DNA from: Flavobacteriales bacterium UBA972
Lineage (GTDB): Bacteria > Bacteroidota > Bacteroidia > Flavobacteriales > Schleiferiaceae
DNA length: 64,000 bases
Direction: 5' to 3'
Assembly (NCBI GenBank): GCA_002292855.1
Contig: DBBY01000042.1
Coordinates: 3,288 to 67,287, forward strand
The notes beneath the pieces are model-generated. The model was given only the letters and a program-made list of their open reading frames with translations. It was not told the DNA's origin and ran no database searches. Position 1 is the first letter of the stretch. Each line of letters opens with the position of its first letter. Shown piece after piece: positions 57,200 to 64,000 of the stretch. The position numbers were made by a program, and so were the translations under genes.

Positions 57200-57993
57200 T
57201 TATTCTAAAGTCCGCCGACGAAATTGCCCTGATTCGCGAGTCCGCACAGCTCGTGTCGCGCACCCTGGGCATGCTCAGCCTCGAAATTAAGCCGGGCGTA
57301 ACCTCGCTCCGCCTGGACCAGCTCGCCGAGCAGTTCATTCGGGACCATGGCGGAATTCCTGGTTTTCTGGGTATGTACGGATTCCCCAATACCCTGTGCA
57401 TGTCGCGCAACGAGCAGGTGGTCCACGGGATTCCCAACAGCAACCCGCTTCAAGAGGGCGACATCATTTCGGTCGACTGCGGCGTGCTGATGAACGACTT
57501 CTACGGCGACCATGCCTTCACGTTTGAAGTGGGCGAGGTGGCGCCAGAAATCAAAAAACTCCTCGAGGCCACCAAGGCCTCCCTCTATGTCGGGATCGAC
57601 GCCATGCGCCGCGGCAATCATGTGGGCGACATTGGCCATGCTATTCAAAAATTCTGTGAAGGCCAGGGCTACGGCGTGGTCCGCGAACTGGTGGGCCACG
57701 GGCTGGGCCGCAAACTCCACGAAGACCCTCAGGTTCCCAACTACGGCAAGGCCGGCAGCGGCAAAACCCTGCAGGACGGGATGGTTCTTGCCATCGAACC
57801 CATGATTAACATGGGAACCCACCGAGTGCGGCAGCTCAAAGACGGCTGGAGTATTATCACCTCCGACGGCAAGCCCTCTGCACACTTCGAGCACAACGTA
57901 GCCCTGGTAGAGGGTCGCCCCGTGGTACTGTCAAGCTTTGACCCCATCTACAAGGCACTGGGAATTGCCAATAACGACCCAATCTTCGAATGA
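57196..57993 (+). CDS. map: type I methionyl aminopeptidase
   Basis: ILKSADEIALIRE.., VHGIP, DCG.., GHGLG, EPM... ATGA overlap with gpmI. Confidence 0.9.
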   Translation: MIILKSADEIALIRESAQLVSRTLGMLSLEIKPGVTSLRLDQLAEQFIRDHGGIPGFLGMYGFPNTLCMSRNEQVVHGIPNSNPLQEGDIISVDCGVLMNDFYGDHAFTFEVGEVAPEIKKLLEATKASLYVGIDAMRRGNHVGDIGHAIQKFCEGQGYGVVRELVGHGLGRKLHEDPQVPNYGKAGSGKTLQDGMVLAIEPMINMGTHRVRQLKDGWSIITSDGKPSAHFEHNVALVEGRPVVLSSFDPIYKALGIANNDPIFE

Positions 57994-58757
57994 TACGCTG
58001 GGCCCTTCGTTGGATTCCTCGACCCTGGCTGATCAGGCTGAGTGCGCCGCTCCGGTGGCTGGCTCCCCTACTCTATGGGGGTACTAAGTACACCGACCCT
58101 ATTGACGGCAAATCCTACCGCCGGTTTCTTCCCTACGGCTATGGCGGAGCCATTCGGCCCGAGGTTCTTGCTCCCGGAACCCACAGCCTCGAGCGCCACC
58201 GTCTTCTTTGGCTCTACCTGCAGCGTTTCACGGACTTCTTTAGCCGTCCGGCCGAATTGCTGCACATAGCGCCCGAACAGTGCTTTCACGCTCGCTTTAA
58301 GGCCCTTAGCCACCTTCAGGTGCTGTCGGGAGACATCGAATCACCCCTGGCCGACCTGCATTTTGACCTGCATGCTATTCCTCTTGAAAACGACCGCTTT
58401 GACGTAGTCTTTTGCAACCATGTGCTCGAGCACGTTTCTGACGACGCTCAATGCCTGCGCGAGCTCTACCGCGTCATGAAGCCGGGCGGATGGGGCATCT
58501 TTCAAATACCCTGGATCCCGGGGCGTCCCTTCACCGACGAAGATCCGACGCTGACTGATCCGCGCGAACGAGAACGCCGATTTGGTCAGTACGACCACGT
58601 GCGCATGTACGGCGAAGACTATGCCGACCGACTTAAAAGCGCTGGCTTCGAGGTGGAGCGCGTAGACCTCGCAGACCGACTAGAGGCCGAAGAATACCAG
58701 CGTTATCGCCTTCCGCAGGGAGAACCCCTCTTTGTGGTGCGCAAAGCCCTCGCTTAA
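57990..58757 (+). CDS. class I SAM-dependent methyltransferase
   Basis: ..FDVVFCNHVLEHV..LYRVMKPGGWGIF (Methyltransf_11-like). Confidence 0.7.
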   Translation: MIRWALRWIPRPWLIRLSAPLRWLAPLLYGGTKYTDPIDGKSYRRFLPYGYGGAIRPEVLAPGTHSLERHRLLWLYLQRFTDFFSRPAELLHIAPEQCFHARFKALSHLQVLSGDIESPLADLHFDLHAIPLENDRFDVVFCNHVLEHVSDDAQCLRELYRVMKPGGWGIFQIPWIPGRPFTDEDPTLTDPRERERRFGQYDHVRMYGEDYADRLKSAGFEVERVDLADRLEAEEYQRYRLPQGEPLFVVRKALA

Positions 58758-58792
58758 AAATCAGCGCAGGGGCATCCGAGGAATGGGTGCCA

Positions 58793-58820
58793 ACAAAAAT
58801 CCCACCGCTCTCGCGGTGGG
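58793..58820 (-). terminator. rho-independent terminator downstream of the DUF164-like gene
   Basis: On the minus strand: TCCCACCGC-gaga-GCGGTGGGA followed by TTTTTGTT. Confidence 0.7.
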
Positions 58821-58842
58821 ACTCAATAGTTCTAATGGATTT

Positions 58843-59649
58843 CTAGCCCAGAATAGCGGCCAGCTCTACAGCCATTTTGTGCTCCTCTTCTTGTGCAAGA
58901 ATGGGGTCCACCAAGATCCGCCCTGAATGCTCGTCAATGGTAATTTTCTTGCGCTGGGCAATCTCCATTTGGCGCTGCGGCGGAATGGTAAAGAATGAAC
59001 CGGCTGAGGCTCCGCGCTCAATGCTTACTACGGCCAAACCGTTGCGCACCTTGGCGCGAATTCGCTGGTATGCACCGAGCAAGCGGTCGTCGCCAATCAC
59101 CTCAGAAAGGCTAACGCTCTTAGAGAGCAGCAATTCTTCTTCGCGCTTGGTTTCTGCAATAATGGTGTCGAGCTCGGCCTTCTTAAAATCAAGGTGGCTC
59201 TGGCGCTCGGCCAACTTCAACTGAACCGACTCCAGGGCAATACCCTTGCTCTCCAGCGAAGCCTCAAACTCGCGAATGTGCTTCTCGGCCAATTGAATCT
59301 CAAGGGCTTGGTACTCAATTTCTTTGGCGATCGCATCAAACTCGCGGTTGTTGCGCACATTCTTCTGCTGCTCTTCGTACTTGGCGATTTTGTCTTGGCA
59401 GTTCTTAATCATCAACTTGTGGCCCTTGGTCTCGGTCTTGGCTTGATTGATGTCTTCTTCGACCTTAGAAAGGCGAATTTGCAGTCCTGCAATCTCGTCT
59501 TCCATGTCTTCTACTTCAAGAGGTAATTCACCCCTAAGGCTTCGGATGTCGTCAATCCGACGGTCCACAATTTGCAGGCTGTAGAGCGCGCGTAGTTTGT
59601 CCTCGACCGAGGTTGTAGCAGAAGGGGCAGTAGTTGACTTTTTAGCCAT
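58843..59649 (-). CDS. coiled-coil protein of the Nif3-associated 'zinc ribbon' (DUF164/zf-RING_7-like) family, lacking the Cys ligands
   Basis: Long heptad-rich region. C-terminus NGLAVVSIERGASAGSFFTIPPQ...ITIDEHSGRILV. 8-nt overlap with the upstream Nif3 gene. Confidence 0.6.
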   Translation of the reverse strand: MAKKSTTAPSATTSVEDKLRALYSLQIVDRRIDDIRSLRGELPLEVEDMEDEIAGLQIRLSKVEEDINQAKTETKGHKLMIKNCQDKIAKYEEQQKNVRNNREFDAIAKEIEYQALEIQLAEKHIREFEASLESKGIALESVQLKLAERQSHLDFKKAELDTIIAETKREEELLLSKSVSLSEVIGDDRLLGAYQRIRAKVRNGLAVVSIERGASAGSFFTIPPQRQMEIAQRKKITIDEHSGRILVDPILAQEEEHKMAVELAAILG

Positions 59650-60751
59650 GGCGTTTGTAGGTACTAACGGGATGGTTCTCCGTTGTCGAAATATGGACTG
59701 CAAAAGTAGTAAATTCTAGCCGAATCGCCTCGGCCCAATCGTCGATAAATGGACGTTCGCTCTCACCATGTCCTACATCGATGAGTACAAGGTCCTTGGG
59801 CATGTCTTGAAAGGCATGGTACTTCGCGTCGCCCGTCACGTAGGCGTCTGCCCCAGAAGCCGCTGCAGCACTAATAAAGTCAACACCAGACCCCCCACAA
59901 ACGGCAACCCGAGACAGCATTCGCGAGGAATCGGACCGGCTGTACCGTATGCAGTCCGAGCCTAAATTTTGGGCGCAAACCTGCAAAAAATCCTGCAATT
60001 TCATGGGTTTTGGCAGATTTCCCACTGCTCCATAGCCCGCCCCGTCCCATTGGTTCTCGAGCGCGATCCAAGAATGGGCGACGACTTCGTAGGGATGAAC
60101 CTGTAAAACCGCTTTTTGCACGGCCTCCTTGGCTGCTTTGGGAACCAAGAATTCAAGGCGAAGCTCCGCACTGCGCGTCTGTACCCCCGGTTCTCCCACA
60201 TAGGGATTGGATCCCTGCAGGGGCCTGAAGGTACCGGTGCCCGGCGAAGCAAAATGGCATTGGTCGTAGGCCCCAGAACGACCTGCTCCGGCGCTATAAG
60301 CCGCCTGCTCCACTGCTTCCGCATGGCTAGAGGGCACGTAGACTACCCAACTGAGCAATTCCCCAGAACGGGGCATCATGATGGTGGCATCGCGGATTCC
60401 CAATCGTTTAGCCAGCGAAAAACTAACACCGCCTTGAATGCTATCCCAATTGGTATGGCCGGCATACAAAGCCACTCCGCTGCTGATGGCGAGTTCCACG
60501 GTACGCTCGACGGACGTAGCGCCGGTAATTTGCTTTAGACCCTTAAAAATAACCGGATGGTGGCTTAGAACCAGGTTGCATCCGCGCGAAACCGCTTCTT
60601 GGACCACGGCCTCGTCGGCGTCAAGGCAGCAGAGTACTCCCGTAATCGGCCTGTCCCGACGACCTACAAGCAGCCCGCTGTTGTCGTAGGACTCCTGAAG
60701 CCTCAAGGGCGCGCGCAACTCAAGCCAATGAGCAAATTCTCCGATGGTCAT
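59642..60751 (-). CDS. Nif3-like dinuclear metal center protein (GTP cyclohydrolase 1 type 2 homolog)
   Basis: ..YDNSGLLVG.., LVLSHHPVIF, YAGHTNWD, GDAKYH.., HGESE. Confidence 0.8.
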   Translation of the reverse strand: MTIGEFAHWLELRAPLRLQESYDNSGLLVGRRDRPITGVLCCLDADEAVVQEAVSRGCNLVLSHHPVIFKGLKQITGATSVERTVELAISSGVALYAGHTNWDSIQGGVSFSLAKRLGIRDATIMMPRSGELLSWVVYVPSSHAEAVEQAAYSAGAGRSGAYDQCHFASPGTGTFRPLQGSNPYVGEPGVQTRSAELRLEFLVPKAAKEAVQKAVLQVHPYEVVAHSWIALENQWDGAGYGAVGNLPKPMKLQDFLQVCAQNLGSDCIRYSRSDSSRMLSRVAVCGGSGVDFISAAAASGADAYVTGDAKYHAFQDMPKDLVLIDVGHGESERPFIDDWAEAIRLEFTTFAVHISTTENHPVSTYKRHG

Positions 60752-60762
60752 AATAATGCAAA

Positions 60763-60796
60763 GAAACAAAAAGGCCGCCCTTTATGGGCGGCCTTT
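60763..60796 (-). terminator. rho-independent terminator downstream of rpsA
   Basis: On the minus strand: AAGGCCGCCC-ataaa-GGGCGGCCTT followed by TTTGTTTCTTT. Confidence 0.75.
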
Positions 60797-60818
60797 CCAA
60801 TACAATAAAGGTTGGGGA

Positions 60819-62906
60819 TTACTCCTTGCCTTCCATTTCTTCCTTAAGACGAGCAAGGCTGTCGAAGTCACCAAGGGTAGACTTTTCAACCTGAGCGTTG
60901 ATGGACTGCACCGTAGTCTTAGACCCTGATGCTGAACCAGAACCGGCTCCGCCTTTGCCGCCCTTCTTGCCTTTAGGGGCATCCGAATCGTCTTCGATCA
61001 TACCGCCTTTGACAGCCTGGGTATGCGAAACTAGGATTCGACGAGAATCACGGTTAAACTCAATTACGCTGAACTCCAGTTCCTCGCCTTCGGCAATGCT
61101 CGAATTATCAAGCTTCACGGAGTGGCGTGGGGGGCAGTAAGCCTCCAACTCGGCGTTTGCAAACCAAATATTGAAGCCCTTGTCGGCCGCAGATTTGACG
61201 CTTCCGGTGTGGATGCTACCTACTGAGTAAACGTCCTCAAGGCTATCCCATGGATTGTCGCTAACCTGCTTGTGGCCTAAGCTCAAGCGACGGTTTTCTA
61301 CGTCAATGTCCATAACCTTAACTTCAAGCTTAGCGCCCACTGCAGTGAACTCACTGGGGTGCTTCACCTTCTTCAACCAAGACAGGTCGCTGATGTGAAT
61401 AAGGCCGTCGATGCCCTCCTCGAGCTCTACAAACACCCCGAAGTTGGTAAAGTTGCGCACCTCGCCGGTGTGTACATGACCGATGGGGTACTTCGACGTA
61501 ATGCTAGACCATGGGTCTGGCGTGAGTTGCTTGATGCCAAGCGACATCTTGCGCTCTGCGCGATCCACCGACAGAACCGAGGCCTCTACGACCTCGCCTA
61601 CCTTAAAGAAGTCCTGAGCCGAGCGCAGGTGCGAACCCCAACTCATCTCCGAAACGTGGACTAGTCCTTCAACACCGGGAGCAATCTCGATGAATGCGCC
61701 GTAGTCCGCAAGGACCACAACCTTTCCTTTGATGGTGTCGCCGGCTTGAATGCTAGCGTCCAAGGCATCCCAAGGATGGGCTGAAAGCTGCTTAAGTCCG
61801 AGCTGAATGCGGGTCTTGGCCTCATCAAAGTCCAAAATAACCACGTTCATCTTTTGATCGAGCTCGACCACCTCAGACGGGTGGTTAATGCGGCTCCAAG
61901 AGAGGTCGGTGATGTGAACGAGTCCGTCTACGCCGCCAAGATCAACAAAGACTCCGTAGCTAGTGATGTTCTTGACCACCCCTTCAAGGACTTGACCCTT
62001 CTCGAGCAGGCCAACAATTTTGCGCTTTTGCTCCTCGAGGTCGGCCTCAATAAGGGCCTTGTGAGAAACAACAACATTCTTGAACTCGTGGTTGATTTTA
62101 ACAATCTTGAATTCCATGGTCTTGTCGACGTAGACGTCGTAATCGCGAATGGGCTTGACGTCGATTTGCGACCCAGGCAAGAAGGCCTCCAGTCCAAATA
62201 CGTCCACAATCATGCCGCCCTTGGTACGTGCCTTGACGTAACCCTGAACGATTTCTTCGCTTTCAAACGCCTCGTTGACACGGTCCCAAGCCTTAATGCT
62301 GCGGGCCTTGCGGTGCGACAGCACGAGCTGGCCGAGCTTGTCTTCTTGCTTGTCGACTAGAACCTCTACCAAATCTCCAACCTTTAGGTCAGGGTTGTAG
62401 CGGAACTCGTTCATCGAAACCACTCCTTCAGACTTTGAAGAAATATCAATGATTACGTCGCGGTCGGTGATTTGTACCACCACGCCGTTCACCACTTGGT
62501 GCTCAACGGAGGTAACTAACGTAGCCTCATACAGCTTCTCGATTGCTTTGTGCTCCTCGCTGCGCGATCCGTAGCCGGCTTCGTAGGCATCCCAATCAAA
62601 AATTACTTCTTCCTCTTCTTCGGCGTTGAGCAGAAGCTCGAGTTCGTCTTCGTCGGCAAAGTCTTCTGCCGTTTCTGGCTCAGCGGATTCGGCAGTCGCC
62701 GCTTCTACAGCCTCTACCGCAGCGGCTTCAACCTCAGGCGCGGAGGCCTCTGCTTCTGTGGCTTCTAGTGCCACAGTCTCTAGTACAACCTCCTCGGCTT
62801 GGGGAGCTTCTACTTTTGCCGTTTTTGTTTTTGGTGCAGCCTTGGCTTTAGCCGGGGCTGGATCTTGGACTTGCCCATCCACTTGGGGTATACGCGCTCT
62901 TGGCAT
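60819..62906 (-). CDS. rpsA: 30S ribosomal protein S1 with an unusually long acidic/Ala-rich N-terminal extension
   Basis: Six S1 domains (e.g. VVNGVVVQITDRDVIIDI.., GQVLEGVVKNITSYGVFVDLG.., HVHTGEVRNFTNFGVFVEL). 695 aa. Confidence 0.9.
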   Translation of the reverse strand: MPRARIPQVDGQVQDPAPAKAKAAPKTKTAKVEAPQAEEVVLETVALEATEAEASAPEVEAAAVEAVEAATAESAEPETAEDFADEDELELLLNAEEEEEVIFDWDAYEAGYGSRSEEHKAIEKLYEATLVTSVEHQVVNGVVVQITDRDVIIDISSKSEGVVSMNEFRYNPDLKVGDLVEVLVDKQEDKLGQLVLSHRKARSIKAWDRVNEAFESEEIVQGYVKARTKGGMIVDVFGLEAFLPGSQIDVKPIRDYDVYVDKTMEFKIVKINHEFKNVVVSHKALIEADLEEQKRKIVGLLEKGQVLEGVVKNITSYGVFVDLGGVDGLVHITDLSWSRINHPSEVVELDQKMNVVILDFDEAKTRIQLGLKQLSAHPWDALDASIQAGDTIKGKVVVLADYGAFIEIAPGVEGLVHVSEMSWGSHLRSAQDFFKVGEVVEASVLSVDRAERKMSLGIKQLTPDPWSSITSKYPIGHVHTGEVRNFTNFGVFVELEEGIDGLIHISDLSWLKKVKHPSEFTAVGAKLEVKVMDIDVENRRLSLGHKQVSDNPWDSLEDVYSVGSIHTGSVKSAADKGFNIWFANAELEAYCPPRHSVKLDNSSIAEGEELEFSVIEFNRDSRRILVSHTQAVKGGMIEDDSDAPKGKKGGKGGAGSGSASGSKTTVQSINAQVEKSTLGDFDSLARLKEEMEGKE

Positions 62907-63017
62907 AACAAACTATCTTGTATCTGGCGCTTGGATAGGACTGCAGCACAGCGCACAGAGACGTTAGATTTTAAATCCCCAATGGCGTCCTATCGCAATG
63001 CGTACCAAAAAGGTTTG

Positions 63018-63025
63018 CAAAGATA
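63018..63025 (-). promoter_or_regulatory. -7 box TATCTTTG, ~110 nt upstream of the rpsA ATG
   Basis: Exact TAnnTTTG match, 10 nt after the gltA stop. Confidence 0.35.
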
Positions 63026-63035
63026 GGCAAAAGCA

Positions 63036-64000
63036 CTACGCTTTGAACTTCTGCTTAAGCAGTTCCGTAGTCGAAGAACCGGGGCGCTCAATGGGCATAG
63101 CCAGGGCGCGATCCCAGATCAAGTTAGCAAGTACTCCCAGTGCACGCGAAACTCCAAAGAGTACCGTGTAGAAGTCGTACTCCACCATTCCATAGTGCAT
63201 GAGCAGTTGCCCGCTGTGAGCATCCACGTTGGGGTAGGGATTCTTGACTTTGCCGGTGGCCTCCAAGGTGGGAGGAACCACTTCAAAAATCGTAGAAATA
63301 ACCTTGAACAAGGGATCCTCGGGCATGTGCTTTAGGGCAAACTCGCGCTGGGCCATATAGCGCGGGTCAGTCTTGCGCAGTACGGCGTGACCAAATCCAG
63401 GAATTACCTGACCTGCCGCAAGGGTGTCGAGGGTATACTGAATGACTTGCTCTTTGCTAGGCTCTTGGGTGCCCAATTGTTCGAGCATTTCAAAGGTCCA
63501 TTTAATTACCTCTTGGTTGGCTAAGCCGTGAAGCGGGCCGGCTAGGCCGTTCATTCCCGCCGCAAAACTTTGGTAGGCATCGCTCAAGGCGGAGCCAACC
63601 AAGTGCACGGCGTGCGCCGATACGTTGCCGCCTTCGTGGTCGGAGTGAATCGTCAGGTAGAGGCGCATCAATTCGCGAAACTCCTCACTGTCGTAACCCA
63701 GCATGTGCGCAAAGTTGCCAGCCCAATCAAGCTTCGGATCCGGCTCGATGTGGTCACCATTCTTGTAGGCGCGACGGTAAATGTAGGCGGCCACACGGGG
63801 CAAGCGCGCGAGCAAGTTCATGGCGTCCTCATAGGTGTATTCCCAGTACTCCGACTTGTTGATTCCGCGAGCGTAGGCCTTGCCGAACTCTGTCTCGGTG
63901 CGCAATGCCATAATACCGACCACAAACTGGGTCATGGGATGCGCCCGCATGGGCAATGCATCAATGGCCTTGAATACGTGGAGCGGAACAATGGCGCGAC
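63036..64000 (-). CDS. gltA: citrate synthase (5' end lies beyond the window)
   Basis: ..[54 protein letters not shown]... The frame stays open upstream of 63956 to base 64000 (..[12 protein letters not shown]). Confidence 0.9.
   Translation of the reverse strand, partial: RAIVPLHVFKAIDALPMRAHPMTQFVVGIMALRTETEFGKAYARGINKSEYWEYTYEDAMNLLARLPRVAAYIYRRAYKNGDHIEPDPKLDWAGNFAHMLGYDSEEFRELMRLYLTIHSDHEGGNVSAHAVHLVGSALSDAYQSFAAGMNGLAGPLHGLANQEVIKWTFEMLEQLGTQEPSKEQVIQYTLDTLAAGQVIPGFGHAVLRKTDPRYMAQREFALKHMPEDPLFKVISTIFEVVPPTLEATGKVKNPYPNVDAHSGQLLMHYGMVEYDFYTVLFGVSRALGVLANLIWDRALAMPIERPGSSTTELLKQKFKA

Noticed and set aside
1-64000. CRISPR arrays, IS elements, prophage, rRNA and large ncRNAs or riboswitches.
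   Set aside because: The longest non-coding stretch is about 130 nt. I saw no direct-repeat/spacer periodicity, no terminal inverted repeats flanking ORFs and no transposase, integrase or phage-like proteins. The only repeats seen are intragenic (dnaX, W-rich gene).

Overview
This is a gene-dense window with almost no non-coding DNA. By eye it is about 55-60% GC, with some AT-richer genes. I read it as a Bacteroidota (Flavobacteriia-like) chromosome. The reasons are Bacteroidetes-type TAnnTTTG -7 boxes in front of many genes, a T9SS-type C-terminal sorting domain, an archaeal-type ProRS, a mitochondrial-type aconitase and an rpsF-rpsR-rplI operon. All family names come from motifs I recognise in the supplied translations; no search was run. 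Most of the content is housekeeping: mpl, purB, acn, icd, gltA, dnaX, rpsF/R/rplI, xth, icmF, rsmD, rdgB, oxyR, wecB, radC, rpsT, tRNA-Glu, proS, fabH, folE, cysS, yidD, lgt, pepE, gpmI, map and rpsA. I saw no transposase, integrase, CRISPR array, rRNA or recognisable defence system. The candidates most worth follow-up are listed below.
- A lipoprotein with an extremely Trp/Gly/Asn/Tyr-rich core, translationally coupled to a FadL/PorV-like outer-membrane barrel (42863-45288).
- An AT-rich envelope cluster of two CxxCH (PSCyt1-like) lipoproteins, YceI and a beta-barrel, sitting behind an MFS gene (6926-10681).
- An A10 slippery run in dnaX with stop codons in both alternative frames.
- TAnnTTTG boxes only 3-8 nt from start codons, which implies leaderless mRNAs.
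- A sulfotransferase inside a Wzm/Wzt glycan-export locus.
- A DUF164-type 'zinc ribbon' protein that has lost all four cysteines.
None of these is proven, and each entry states what would refute it.
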